Positions 13,916 through 30,010 of a stretch of DNA of 64,000 nt are shown here, one piece after another. The DNA lies in assembly GCF_009914755.1 (NCBI RefSeq), contig NC_060938.1; one strand, given 5' to 3'. The DNA is from the human T2T-CHM13v2.0 reference genome, Homo sapiens. Within the stretch, counting starts at the first letter, position 1; each line of letters opens with the position of its first letter. Under the pieces are notes generated by a model. The model had not been told where the DNA came from. It did no database searches and worked only from the letters and a program-made list of their open reading frames with translations. The position numbers and the translations under genes were made by a program.

Positions 13916-16154
13916 TATATCGACACTGCTAATGCTATGTACAATTTTGTTTTGTAGCTTGTAATGCACTTTCAAATACACTACCCTACTGATCTCATTT
14001 GAGACTATTCCATTGTCCCCAGAAACACATCTCACAGGTGGCTTTAGCTCTCGCCTTGGAAGATAATGGCTGTGACTCAGGGGGAACAATTACCAACCTA
14101 GGGTAGATACAATATCTTTAAAGATTTTTTTTTTTACCATAAAAGAAATTTTCTACAGCTTGTATTTATAAAGACAAGTCCAGCATGTGTATTTAAATAG
14201 TTGTCAATTTTTACATTTGCTTTCTAAAAGAATAATGTAATTTTCACTTAATATCACACACATGCATAAATTCTTCACTGTTACAAAAAACAGGCTGAGT
14301 AGGTAAATAATCTTTCTCTATTATTAAGAATTATCTTCTATTAAGTATTATCTTCTGGAAAGACTTAGAAATGTATATGTAGAATAGATGATACATTACA
14401 ATTTCAATTTTTCACAGCTAAATCAAATTTACATAAAATAACATATTTTGGGGGTTTAGTGTTTGTAATATTGTGGTATTTGATAGCAGAAACTCAGAGA
14501 GTCAAAGTGATTAGCCACTTGGATGTATAGACATTCATTCACAGTTTGACCTAGAACTCACTTTTTCTGGTTTCTGACCCCACTCTTCACATCCCTCATG
14601 GGGTATGTTATTTCTGGATGAAAAGTGTGGGGTGAAAGTTTTTAAAAATAAAGAATTCCCTGAGATCCAAGAGGCAAGTGTTTGGGTACCTGAATAAATT
14701 TGGCCAAGCCACTTTGACCTTCTAAGCATCAGGTGTACAGAAAAATCTACTTAAGGTAAATCATTCTTTATTTTATCAGAATAGTGTAGCTATTCCATGT
14801 AAAACAGATATCAACTGCTTATTTTGAATTGAATGAGCATGTGTTCACCCAGGTCCAAAATTGAGAATGGGGTCTCTAAGTATTTGTTGGTTGCAAAATA
14901 ATCAAATTCTGGTACGGTAGCCTTTTATTTGCCATCTAGATTTTCTAACTTTCCATAGAAGAAAATCAGACATGCAAGTGGCTTTGCCCTGCCTATTTGG
15001 ATCATTTCCACCCCATTCCAACTCAAGAATTTGATTGTTCAATACATTTAGATAATCCAGAGGAGACAGTATTTCCTCGCCTTTCACAGATCAGAAAGTA
15101 ATGTGCCATGTATACTAATTTATGTTTTATTTAGTAAAAGTCTATTAGAAATAGCACTGGTTATTAGTACCACCCCCAATTTGATAACTTCCTTTGCCGG
15201 AGATTTGATGTTTAGAGTATCTAATGTAAAGATCAATGATAGGTTATTTGATGATTGGCGTTCCAGTACTAGCCAGGATTCTAACTAGCTATGTGATCAC
15301 TATTCTTTATTTAAATAGTGATTAAAAGATGGGGCTGAACTTGCTTCTTTTCAGCTCTATCTATCTTTGAATATACAACAACACAAGAGGTCAGTACCTG
15401 AAGCTTCAAAAGAAAAAGATATATATAATCTATTTTATACTCCTTAAATTATTCCTAAGGTAACTTCTTGCTAAAAGATAACATACTTGCCCCATTTTCC
15501 AGGTGTCAAAATTTCCTTGCACCCAACTCTGCTGAAATTTCTATGGTCCTTAGTAGCAATTATAAATCTAGGATACATGAGCTGCTTTTATTTGTGTTTT
15601 AATTCTGCTTATTCTGGTGGCATGCTCACATACTGTGCTGAGAGAAGATGAAATTTGCTGCTAATTACCAAGGTTTGTGCTTCTAAACATTGCTGGCCAG
15701 TAATTGACCTGTAGTGTCTAGAGTCAAGTACTAGCTAATAACTTTGTTGCTGTAGTGTTGAACTTTAATTATTTAAGTCAAAGGACAAGTATTAGAAGCC
15801 ACACTGCCTGTTTCTGTAGTGTTGCAATTGCCAAGAATTGAAACTTAGAATTTGAAACAAAAAAGAGCCTGTTTAAGTGACTGACATCTGCCAGTGCATT
15901 TGCCCACCAGCATACAAACACACAGCAAAGCCGGCAGAGGCCCTACGAAGTACACCTTGAGCTGTCATCATTGGAAAGTCTGGTTAAAGAGATTTGAGCT
16001 CTGTGCATTATTGAGGCATGAAAAATAATATTCTAACACATTAGAATATATAATTTCACTGAAATCTTCCTAAAGATCTTTATATAATTGTTACCAAATC
16101 CAACGTTTAAAAAACACATATGTATCTGTGATTTATTCTATTCAAAAATGTCTT

Positions 16155-16240
16155 AAAAGCCCAAATTTCACCACTATACAATTTATCCACGTAACTCAAA
16201 GCCACTTGTACTCCCAAAGCGATTGAAATTTAAAAAGAAA
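16155..16240 (+). mobile_element. Short L1 (L1PB/L1MA-like) 3' terminal fragment
   Basis: AAAGCCCAAATTTCACCACTATACAATTTATCCACGTAACTCAAAGCCACTTGTACTCCC followed by an A-rich tail. Confidence 0.7.
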
Positions 16241-16649
16241 GAAAGAACATGTCTTTATACAGTCAAAATAGATCTCCCACTGTCATATTCTACTTATCTT
16301 TAGTTGTGTTACTTTTGGGTGGAAGAACCTCAAATTCCATATATTTCTGTAATTAGAGGTAGTCTCCTATTATCTTTGGGTAGTGTGAGAAGAGTTTTTG
16401 CCATTTTCTAAAGCACAGTTTCCTTTGGCCCAGTTGAAACTCCAGGGAGTTGTGACCCTGAAGGAAAGATAATCTCTGAAGAGACAACTGAGTATTTCTA
16501 GTTGAGGACAGCATGGTGTAAGAATGGGAAAGTATGAGAGTTCACAGTCAATTGATGATATCAGAGTGGAAGGAGGGACAGTAGAAGAGTTCACAATTTT
16601 GAGAGTCAGCTGAACTCCAGACACATACTATGCACAGGGAACACAAAAA

Positions 16650-18575
<1,926 letters not shown>

Positions 18576-19085
18576 TAAGTGTTTGTCCCATCCCCAAATA
18601 TTCTCAGTTTAGTGGAAGCAGGCCCTCTCATAAGCATGTAACTATATTAATTCAGTGTATTATAATTCATCAAACATTTATAGGAGCCCCTAATCACATG
18701 CAGGGCTGTGGGTGCTGAGAATACCAAGATGAATAAAATAACGACACTGCTTACAGTCTGGTAAAAAAAAAAAAAAAAAGCAGGAGACTTATAAGCAGGT
18801 AATTTTAACATACTGTGTAAATCCAGAAGTAGGTGAATGCAAAAAGTACTAAACAGACTAAACGCTCTTTAGCTGACTTCCACTTAATCAACATGACTAG
18901 CTTGACCATGATTTTCCATTCTCCTTGCAAAATGCACTGACTGATATGCATAGCACACGAGATACTCCAGAGCAGTCAGCCTGTGAACCTCTACTTCCAG
19001 CAGCTGAATTGTATGCTTATCAATAGTCAGTTATATGTATGTCTATCAGCAGAGTTTCTTGCTCCACTTTAAAGAAACCAAAGCT

Positions 19086-19450
<365 letters not shown>

Positions 19451-19574
19451 TTATAAGAAAGATTATTAATGGCTCAAAACATTGGTAACTAAATGTACAT
19501 TTCAAGGTTTAAAGCTAAAATATAATATCTAACCAATATTTTTATTAGTTTATAATTACTAAGCCACGTGAAAT

Positions 19575-19805
19575 GCTTTGGTAAGAGCATAAGCTCTGCT
19601 GTCATGCTGATTGACATTCAAATCGTCATTCATATATTCATTAGATATGTGATTCTGGAGAAGTTATTTAACCTTTTTGTGCCTCATTTTCTTCATTTTT
19701 AAAAGGGGATACTAACTGGGCCTTATATGATGGTTGCTGGATCTGAAGAACTTTGAAGTGTAACTGATACATGAAATGCATTCTCTTTGTCAGTATTAGT
19801 TATTA
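19575..19805 (+). mobile_element. MIR
   Basis: GGTAAGAGCATAAGCTCTG...TGTGATTCTGGAGAAGTTATTTAACCTTTTTGTGCCTCATTTTCTTCAT matches the MIR core. Confidence 0.75.
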
Positions 19806-20624
19806 ATATAGTAGGAATTCATCAAAAGGATAAAGCCTAGAAGGAACGGGGCAGAGAGACACAGTTAGTAGACAGGTGTAGAAGACTAAGAGCATGGGGC
19901 ATTTAAAGAACCTTGAGCTGTTCTATAATATGTACTTGAAGTCAAGTGTTCTCGAGACTAAGAGATGAAAAGTTAATCTAGAAAGATAATTTTTAATTTA
20001 CTTTTTAAAATTTCAATTTTTCCCAAAAAACAGTGAGTTCCATGAGTGCATTCACTATGTTTTCTTTTTCCCAAGGCTATGTAACCCCCACACTCTCCTA
20101 GCTCATATGCTAGTCCTTGGTCAGTGACCAGCCTCAGTCACCTTATCTGGATCTTCTTCCTCTTCCTGATTCTAACTGTCAGAGTACCTGAGGTTTCATC
20201 ACTTTAAATAACAGCTATAGCTTGATTAATAACACTTTTTAATATAGTTACAGTCTCTTCTCTAAACTCCAGATTCTTATATCCATATAATGTATCATCT
20301 AAACTTAATACATTTTAGAGATGAAGTTGCTATTCATAATTATTCCAGGACTACAGACATAAATCAGCACTGTCCTGGGCAAAGGAGGACATATGAACAC
20401 TACATATATTTAGCGACTTACTCAACATCTCCACTTAAATAGCCAGTAGGGATCTCAATTTTAACATGTCTCAAAACAACTATTGAGTTTCCAGACCTGA
20501 GCAACAGAACTGCATGTTGTCTGGAGATCCTGGACTTTGAATGAGATACTGTGCCTGGATGAGACTTGCTATTGTCTACTCTGAGTTCTAGGTGTAAGAA
20601 GGATAAGCCATAGAGTCAATCTCT

Positions 20625-21010
20625 ATGGCAGAGATGACTAAGATCCCCAAACTATTTCCTCTTCTTCCTTTGCACAATGCTAGATGACATTTCCTTGCCT
20701 CCCTTAGAGACAGGAATTGCCACATGGCTGAGCTCTAGCTAAGGGAACATGAGCAGAAATAATGTGACATGTCCAGGTCTAGCCTACTACAAATTTTCTG
20801 CAAAACCCACTCTTTTGCTGTCAGCTAGAAGTGAAGCACCAGTACATCTAGGGGACAAAGAAGTCAGCAGAAGAGAGGCCCTGGGTCCCTGAATCACACA
20901 ATGAAAGGCTGTCCACCAAACACTTGCTTTGAATTGTTATATAAATAAGAATTATAATGTTACCGTGTTACAATACTTAAATTTGGGGATAGGTTGATTT
21001 TAGTAGTGGT
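20625..21010 (+). mobile_element. MLT1I/J-like solo LTR (MaLR)
   Basis: CATTTCCTTGCCTCCCTTAGAGACAGG..CCACATGGCTGAGCTCTAGCTAAGGGAACATGAGCAGAA and GCCCTGGGTCCCTGAATCAC are typical of MLT1I/J. Confidence 0.65.
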
Positions 21011-21987
21011 CATTTCTTTTTAAAAACAAACCTGATGAATTTTCTGTGAATTTTCAGTTTGACTTAGTCTTATTGTCATATAAACTTTTTTATAAAATTG
21101 AAGTGAAAAATAAAATTAAAATAATCTACACTTCTTGGCATACAAACCAGGTCTTTGCTTCCAGATTGTGCAAGAATACATAGTTACTCTAGGCACTTCC
21201 TTTTATATTTAAAAATGAAAATACAGTTTTAGGATTTAATGGATTATATGTAAGGACAAGAAACGTGGATAAAGTATTATCTTCTAATCCTTATTTTACT
21301 AAAGCCAAAATAAAGTAGCTGCTACAGCATATTTATTTAATTTCAAGCATTGCCTTAGAAAGTAGAGATTTCTGTAGATATTATTATCCTACCTCCTTGG
21401 ATAGCTATGAAGGAAATGGTTGAAAGAGAACAAAATCAATAATTTTACAGCAGTAAGGCCCACCATGGATCAATTACTACAATCAATAACATACTAATCA
21501 ATTTGCATGACTCACATTCCTCTTCTTTAGTTTCCTTCTGTTACTCTTCACTATATGAAAAGAGATATCTCTCCAGATTCTTTTATCTTGTTTGATATTA
21601 GCAGAAGCAAGAAACCTCTTTCCTCATCTATCAAGAACAACAACAGGGGAGTGTTTATTTGTTAAATGTATCTGATAACATAATAGACTGACAGAAATCT
21701 TCATTTCTAATGGGATGATATTATGTAGAATTAAAATCTATCTTACTGGTGGGCAAAGTTTATCTCCCATGCAAAGACACATATATCAAAAGCTGGTAGA
21801 GTAAAACCACAAAGGAATAATTTACAACTGGGTTGTATTTAACTACATTCCAAACACTTAGTATAGATGGAAGGTGGTAGCTATAGCATGTAGAACTCCT
21901 TTCTAACAAGACTATTTTCCACTGAATTTATTTTATTTGTAAAAAATAGCATTTGTAGGATATTGAAAATTATAATTGGCTACTTTA

Positions 21988-22342
<355 letters not shown>

Positions 22343-22978
22343 AAAAAATACTAATCACATTGATGGGGAAGAAATGAAGGGAAAATGTCACTGAAGTTCA
22401 GTGTAGTTCTCTTCCTTTTGAAATACAACATTAATTAGTTAACTCTATGCTGCATGGATATAGCAAACTGTTGATGGTTTACACCTGGAATATAGGTATA
22501 TAAACATACTACAATTTTCTACTAAAATTTGAACCTCACCTGAATTCATCTGCCTTTTGCAATATTTGCTTTAATCTTCAGAAGATATTTGTTGTACTAA
22601 GAATGAAAATGCTAATTATAATACTTGTAGGAATTTTGTTACCTGAACTTTATGAAATAGTTCTAAGAATGCCACCATTGCCACAGGTTTAGATGCGTTG
22701 CAAATATATTTTTTAAAAATAGCCCCCAAAAGAATAAGAGGAAAATAAAATGATCTCAGCTGTTTAAAATGGATTTTGAGGAATGATCACCAATGGCCTC
22801 CTTCCCTTTGGTTCTGCCCTACCACTGAACTAATCTAACAAAACTCTGATGCTAAATTATCCCTTCAACTGGCCTTCTTGAGTTACACATTCAGGCTGTT
22901 GAGCACACACCACTGAATGAGAAAATTCCTCAGCCACACACAAGGGCACATGTGATCGTGTAGAAACTCTAGCCATCA

Positions 22979-23048
22979 ATAGGGCTTCCCATAAAATTTT
23001 CTTGTTCTTGGCCATAGGGCTTCCCATAAAATTTTCTTGTTCTTGGCC
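22979..23048. repeat. Perfect 35-bp tandem duplication
   Basis: ATAGGGCTTCCCATAAAATTTTCTTGTTCTTGGCC at 22979-23013 and again at 23014-23048. Confidence 0.95.
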
Positions 23049-23567
23049 AACTCCTTCTTTTGCATCCTTCAGTGACTGTATCAATTAGTCAAAACTCTCT
23101 TCAAAATCCACACAGATCCCCACCTCTTACTATCAGCAGAAGGCATATCACGTTTATGCCTTCTGTATCAGGAAAACTGGGGCAAAGCAATCAGCTCTCT
23201 CAATTTCTTGCCTCTCCCATCTGTTCCCCTCTCCACCTATAGAATGAACACAACCGTGCTTCTTTTTCTCTTTCCTTTCCCTTGGAGGAAATAAAATTTT
23301 CTTCCTTCTGTTTAAAGCCAATCATTTTACTGTGGCTCCTTATCTGATTGTCTGAATCTGTCAAGACTTTTCTGCATCAGTTATATCCTTATATCATAAA
23401 GTAGCTTTAACTTCCTTTTTATTGGTATCACTTACCTCGGCTTTTAGCTCCTCTCTCCCATCCTGATAAAGGAAAAAAAAAAAACTCACAAAAGTCAAAA
23501 CTCAATTGTTTCCTTTAAATTTGCAGCCACTTTAACTAATATCCTCTTCTCTATCCGAAATGATTTT

Positions 23568-24150
23568 GTGCTGAATATATTTACCCTATCCAGAGCTACT
23601 CCCCACCCTTCCCTACCTAGCCCTGTGCCCTGCAATCTTAGCCTGTATGACTATTTTGATGGGCTTACTTATTGCTTTGTTTTCAGTTGCGTGTGACCAA
23701 TGGGAAGCACTAGAAGAAAATATAAGGTAGAAAGGAAAGTGAAGACCAGGGTCTTTATTATCCCAGCTCCTCCTAGAGATGTCTCCATGGGCTAACAATT
23801 TCCTTGTTAAGGATCACAGCTCCTGTCAGGCAACCCTCTTGATACAGTCTTGATACAGTTTCTCTCTTTCTGTCTCTCTCTCTTTCTCGTTGCCTCCCCT
23901 CCTCTCTTCTATTCTCTCTCATCTCTCTCTCTCCTTCTTCTTGTCCCCCTCCTTCTCTCTCTCTTCTCATCTCTTTAGGATAATAAATGATAGTGGTGTG
24001 CTATAATTAGCCCATGCATAGTTTACTATTACTTACATAGGAAAACCATAAGGACTGTCCATACTTTGTAAGTAAGCCTGTTTTTTAGCCAAGCCCAGAT
24101 TACCCAAGCAGAATCTGCTGCTTCTTTCCTGCTGGGTCCCAGTCTGATAC
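23568..24150 (+). mobile_element. LTR33-family solo LTR (ERVL) with an expanded CT-rich tract
   Basis: CCCCACCCTTCCCTACCTAGCCCTGTGCCC...GACCAATGGGAAGCAC...GGTCTTTATT resembles LTR33; ends CTGATACA. Confidence 0.65.
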
Positions 24151-24183
24151 AATTATCTTGAAATAATAGTTTATATAATATAG

Positions 24184-24538
24184 TGATATGAACTGAATAT
24201 GTCCTCTTCCCCCCAAATTCACATGTTGAAACCCTAATCCTCACTGTGATGGTATTTGAAGACGAATTAGTCCATGAGGGTAGAACCCTTATGATGGATT
24301 AGTGTCCCATCATGAAGAGACACGAGAGAGATTGCTTTCTCTCTCTGCCCTCTACCATATAAGGATACAATGAGATGACAGTCATCACAAACCAGGAAAC
24401 AGGCTCTCACTAGACACCTGTTCTGCTGGTACCTTGATCTTAGACTTCTCAGCCTCTAGAACTGTGAGAAATATGTATTTGTTGTTTAAGCAACCCCCAG
24501 TATATGGCAATTTAGTACAGCAGCCCAAACGAAGACAT
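24184..24538 (+). mobile_element. MLT1A-type solo LTR (MaLR)
   Basis: TGATATGAACTGAAT...CCCCCCAAATTCACATGTTGAAACCCTAATC...CTAGAACTGTGAGAAAT...GCAGCCCAAACGAAGACA. Confidence 0.85.
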
Positions 24539-24779
24539 ATAGGTACTACTTTTACTCATGCTGTTTGGGCAGCAACCCACATAACTTAGCTTTTGTGCCA
24601 CTATTCCCACATATAACTGTTTTCTTTCTCTCTGGTCACTATAATTCATTCCCACATAGACAAATCCAGTGGACACTCTGTGGCCCACAGTCCATAACTT
24701 AGTGGAGATCACCCCGCTGCATTTGACACTATTGGCCACTTTACTCTTCCAGTAAATCTCTTGGCAACCATGATATCTT

Positions 24780-25820
24780 CTTGTGCTTCCTTTATTGGCA
24801 TTCATGGGCTCTCTATCATCCCTTCAAACACTGGTGCTCCCCATAGTTCAGTCCTTGACCCAATGCTCTTTTAACATTACGTTCTTTTCCCAAGTGAGGT
24901 TCTCCACTCTCAGGACATTTAACATACCCAACATGGTGCAGATCTCACTATCCAAATCTGTTAGACACAACCATCTATATATTCTACTGGCACTTCAAAG
25001 TCAGCATATCCAAGATAATTATGTGCCAAAATCATTATCCTAACTAATGATTATCCTCATACTGTGTGCTCTGACTTCCATTTCCCTCTTGGCCAATGGC
25101 TCAATATATTCAATCTGAAGTCTAAGCTATCCTATACGCCTCTCTCTTCCCCACCCCCCAACATATCTGCTTCCAGTGATGATTCATCGAAAATCACCCG
25201 TCATCATTCCACCAGAGAGAAATTTCCAAAATGAAAATCTGCCTATTCTATCCACTGCTTAAACCCCTTCAATGGCTCTAGTTTGAGCTGTTTCAAGGCA
25301 CACGGGATGCTTTACTGCTGCTCTGACCCTTACCTCTATCCTCAGTTTTAGCAGCTGGAACTCTCATGCCTATGGTTTCTGTGCTATTAATAACAAACCA
25401 CTTACAGTTTCTAGTTAAAGTCATAATATTTTATGCCTCCATGCCTTTTGAGGTCTGCATCTCTCCCTAAGATACCTTTGACCATGCTGTTTGACTTTGG
25501 CCAAGTGTTTCACGGAAAGCACCATCATTTCTTTCCAGGAAGCCCCTCCTCTTGCCCCTATTTACCCAATCCCCACATACACTAGCATTATGCCTTCTCC
25601 ACTAGCCTCCTGCTCATAAGTGTCCACAAATGGGCTCCTAGAACACCATATAATCTCTCAAAGAATTTAAAATTTTATATTGAAATTACCTATTAGCATC
25701 TCTCTCCTCCTCACCAAACTTTAAGTGCTCTAAGGCAGGGAACGTGACTTGGTCCTTTTTTCACAACTGCATAGCACAGTAACTTGAATCATAGCCAAAA
25801 CTTAACATCAATTTTTATAA
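24780..25820 (+). mobile_element. Degraded L2 fragments
   Basis: CTGGCACTTCAAAGTCAGCATATCCAA, CTGCTTAAACCCCTTCAATGGCT, CTCTAAGGCAGGGAAC resemble L2 ORF2 and 3' UTR. Confidence 0.55.
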
Positions 25821-26641
25821 TTAAAAGTAATTATTATTAATAATAAACCCTTGTTATGCTTTAACCTCAATGTCATCATTTAGAAATATATACGTTGAAA
25901 CATTTCAAAAATCCATGAAAAAATTCGTATTCTGATATATTATAGGACAGTGCCAGTAAAGTCTTGCACTATGTACTCATTTGAAGTCAAGACAAGTGCA
26001 GACAAGTCCTTGGAGCAGGCAAGCCTAGATATATATGCCTTAAAATGGAGGAAGATGTCATATCTGTCTCCATGTGTTAGAGCTGATGTACAATCCTTAT
26101 ACCTGACACCCTATCAGAGTTCTTGCAGGAAATAAAGCTTAATGATATTCAGTTTGAAAGTGGGAGGAGGATTTTGTAGCACAAGAGTCAAAAGGAAGAG
26201 TAGATATAATCAAACCAATGTTGATGATATAAGGGGGTGACAAGAATGCTGAAGCTGTAGCTGTCATCAGGAAGGGACTCACTTGGGCTCAAGAGTGATA
26301 GTAGCCCTGGTTATAGGGCAAAGCAGGCAGTGGGGAACAGCAAGGCAAGGCTATTCAGGAACATGTGAGATACCCTAGAAACCCCTTGAACTGAACATAT
26401 GGATTAGATGCCTGAGATTCTTCAATTTCACTGTTACTGTCTTCTTCACACAATACCTAAGCAAACATGGGCTTGTTATCATTCAGATAAGTACTGCTAC
26501 TACTGGGATCAGGATAATAATTTTAACAACAAAAATAATCATATCTAGTACTTATTGGAATTTATAATAGGCGGTACTCCACCTTCAAAATACATCCACA
26601 ATCCATCCACTTCTCACCGATACCACTCTGGCCAATGCCAC

Positions 26642-27107
26642 TGTTATGAATCCTCCATAACAGTGTCCTCCAAATTGTGTCCTCCAACAAAGATACGTTG
26701 AAGTCCTGATACCCAGCATCTTCAATGTCACTTCATTTGGAGGTAAGGTCTTTACAGGGTTAATTGAGTTTACAAAAAAATGGTTATTAGGATGGACCCT
26801 AATCCAATATGACTGATGTCCTTTATAAAAAGAGACAGATAGGAACAGTGGGAAGATGACATGAAGACACATAGTGGGGAAATAGCCAGGTGGCTGGAGT
26901 GATCCCTCTACCAGCCCAGGAACTCAAAAGATTGCCAACAAACAACAGAAGCTAAAAGAGACAAGGAAGGATTCTTCTCTAGAGCTGTCAGAGAGACTAT
27001 GGCCCTGCTGAAGTCTTGATTTCAGGCTTTAAGGCTCTAGATTTGTGAGTCGATAAATTGCTGTTTGTTTTGGTGCTTTGTTATGGCAGCCCTAGCTAAC
27101 TCATGCA
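26642..27107 (+). mobile_element. MLT1B/C solo LTR inserted in an L2
   Basis: AAAGATACGTTGAAGTCCT..GGTCTTTACAG..GGACCCTAATCCAATATGACTG..GTTATGGCAGCCCTAG match MLT1C. Confidence 0.8.
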
Positions 27108-28325
27108 ATTCCCAATGCTTGGGTTGTTGCAAGACTTTTCACTGGTCTCTTCTCCTATTCTACACTTCTGCATCATCTCCACCCCCACCTCTGTAATCTA
27201 TTCTTGACATGTAAGATGAAAACAAGAGCAAACCTCTTAAACTGTAAGTTAGATCATATTACTCTTCTATTCAAAATCCTCCACTGGCTTCCTATCACAT
27301 TCAGAGCAGAAATGAAAGTCCTTACTGACAGAGGAGGAGCATTGCTATCTTAGACAAGCCCCTCATTCTAAAGTTCACCTTAATAAAAAAAAAAAAGCTG
27401 TCTAAATCCAAAGGGCATCAGCCTGATGGCTAAGGTCAGCATGACCATAAACCACAAATAACATCTCCAGACAGAAACATTCCAAACTCCACCCAGACAA
27501 AAGACATGCCGGCCCCAAGATAACCTCCCTCCAGCCAGGAAGATGCCAGCCTTGAGATAATGCCCCGCAGGCCGGAAAGATGTCTGCCCAAAGATAAACT
27601 TGCCTCCTCCCAGAGACATTCCAACCCCACCGTAAAACTTCTTCCTCACACAGAAACATTCCAAGCTTCTGTTAAGCCCCCTCACCCTAAAACCAATATA
27701 TACTCTTAGTCTGTAAGAGAAAGCACTCCTGACCAAAATTGGCCAGAAGTCCGTCTCAGGTTTTATCTAAAGTAAACCTGTCTTTACTGCCGAGCCACAG
27801 TTCATGTTTCTTTTCTCTTTCTTTAACTCTTACGCTTACAGTGAATTCCAAGACTACACCTTTTGACCTTATATCCCACTGTTTACTCCTTTCTCACCAC
27901 AGTACAGGCTAACTGGCTTCCATTCTGTCCTTCAAACATGCCAAGAAAACTTTTTTCTCTCAGGTCCTTTATAGTCATTATTTCCTCTGCTCATATCCCT
28001 TGGATATCCATAAGCCTTGCTCCTTATCTTCTTTAAGTCTTTGTTCAAGCAACAGTTTTTTAATGAGGTCTAATTATCCTACATACAATTGCAACCCTCC
28101 ACAAATGCTTGAACCTTCTTTCCTGATTCATTTTCCTCCATTGCTCTCATTATCTTCAAATAGATTATACATTTTACTTATTTGTTTTTCTCCCAAACAC
28201 AAATTTAATCTCAACAAGGACTTCATTTTTTGTTGGCTTTGTTTACTGATGCACCCTAAATACCTAGAACATATAGCATTTGGCACATGAAAGTGCACAA
28301 GGCATATCTATTGCATGAATAGGTT
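27108..28325 (+). mobile_element. L2 3' end, split by the LTR19-like LTR
   Basis: AAAATCCTCCACTGGCTTCC..AAAGTCCTTAC continues after the LTR and ends TACCTAGAACA..GGCACATG..ATTGCATGAAT, the L2 terminus. Confidence 0.75.
27326..27834 (+). mobile_element. LTR19-like solo LTR (ERV1)
   Basis: Begins TGACAGAGGAGGAGCATTGCTATCTTAGACAAGC, contains GGGCATCAGCC..GGTCAGCATGACCATAAACCACAAAT; 5-bp TSD CTTAC at 27321-27325 and 27835-27839. Confidence 0.75.
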
Positions 28326-28359
28326 ATATCTTGCACCTTAGAGGGAGCACAAAATAGTA

Positions 28360-28590
28360 GCAGAATGAATACTGACTACCACTGGAGTCATAATTCCTGG
28401 GTTCTATACCCATTGCCTCACTTACCTGGCATAAGTGGCCTTAGGTAAGTAGAGTCTCAGTCTGTTTATTCGTCTGTTAAAATGAGAAGAAATCCAGCCT
28501 ACCTCACAGCATTCTCCTGAGGATCACCTTGGATGATGCATATAAAAGTGCATCTGAATCTCTACAGTGTTATATAAATATGAGCTATTT
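28360..28590 (+). mobile_element. MIR
   Basis: CTGGAGTCA..CCTGGGTTC..GGCCTTAGGTAAGT..TCTCAGTCTG..TCTGTTAAAATGAG match the MIR core. Confidence 0.65.
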
Positions 28591-28848
28591 TAAAAATAAA
28601 TCTACTCAGAGTTTTATAGAATGAAAGTGATTCTGTATATTAAGAGGTAAGTAATAAAACATGATATTCTTAATTATTGAGAAGTCAGGCTTCCTGAAAA
28701 TAGGCTCTAAAAAAGAAAAAGTAAAAGAAATCCCAGTCGAGTACCACTTTAAAATGTCTAAAAACAGAAGCTATGAAATGCAACATTCATTATTAACAGC
28801 TATTACTTGCTAAGACTTACTAAAAATACTTTTATATATAACAAAATA

Positions 28849-29381
28849 GAGTAGTCTCTCCTTATCCACTGGGGACAATTCCAAGGCCCCCAGTGGATGC
28901 CCAAAACTGCAGACAGTCTGAACCATATACATTTTTCCTATACCCGCCTACCTATGATAAAGTTTAATTCATAAATTGGACACAGTAAGAGATTAAAAAC
29001 AATTAATCATAACATAAAACAATTATAATAACACTCCGGCATCACCACTCTTGCACTTTGGGGCCATTATTAAATAAAATAAAGATCATTTGAACACAAG
29101 CACTGTGATACCATGACAGTCAATCTGATGACTGAGACGGCTACTAAATGGCTAATGTGCAGACAGTGTACACAGTAGGTATATGCCAGATGAAGAGATG
29201 ATTCCTATCCTCAGTGGGATGGAGCTGGACTGCTTCAGATTTCATCACTTCTCAGAACAACCCACAATTTAAAACATACAAAATGTTTTTTTTCTAGAAT
29301 TTTACATTTAACATTTTCAGATTGCAGTTGACTGTGGGTAGCTGAAACCACAGAAAGGGAAACTGCAGATAAGGGAGGACA
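28849..29381 (+). mobile_element. MER44-type (Tigger7) DNA transposon
   Basis: Termini AGTAGTCTCTCCTTATCCAC / GCAGATAAGGGAGGAC form the TIR pair; TTCCAAGGCCCCCAGTGGATGCC and CTTGCACTTTGGGGCCATTATTAA match MER44. Confidence 0.8.
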
Positions 29382-29679
29382 ACCGAATTCGAAAGAACTC
29401 AGTGCAGTTAAGCTTTCTGGGTGCCTCAAAGAGCTCATTATGAGTGAATGAGACTCAATATTACTGGCTGAAAGTGTATCATCTCATATAAATAATAACA
29501 AAACATTTTAAAATGTCATACAATGATTTCTTTAATTTACCTTGACCATTATGATTTACATATGCTAATAAACTGCCAAGTAAGGATTCCATGGATAATA
29601 TGTAGTTTGTGTTTATATCGCTATCAGATCCTACAATCATACTTAGGGCATCTGATATCAACTCGATATTCATCAAACA

Positions 29680-30010
29680 GTTAAACAAGAAGCATTTCCT
29701 TAAGTACCATCAGGCACTGTGCCTAATGGAGGGTGCAGTGATTAATAAAACATGTCTCTTGTTTATAGCAGTTCGCAATCCAGTTAGAAATATACAGTCA
29801 TATGCCTCAATACAAATTAGACTTTAAAAGGGCCCTTAATAAAAGGAATGCACATAGAAAGAGCATTATGGAGAAGCAAAAGATGAATTCTGAATGAGGA
29901 AATCTGGAAGTCTTTAGAGATGGTGTTACTTTAGCTGGGTCTTAAAGGACTTCAACAGGCAGAGAAAGGGAGAGGATGTAAGGGCATTCCAGACAGAGGG
30001 AATAAATTGG
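29680..30010 (-). mobile_element. L2 fragment
   Basis: CATTTCCTTAAGTACCATCAGGCACTGTGC..CTGGGTCTTAAAGGA..GGGCATTCCAGACAGAGGGAA. Confidence 0.6.

Noticed and set aside
29541-29630. 90-nt phase 1-1 exon-like segment on the - strand (SDSDINTNYILSMESLLGSLLAYVNHNGQ)
   Set aside because: The acceptor lacks a polypyrimidine tract, the donor (GTAAAT) is moderate and the peptide is unrecognised; not distinguishable from chance.
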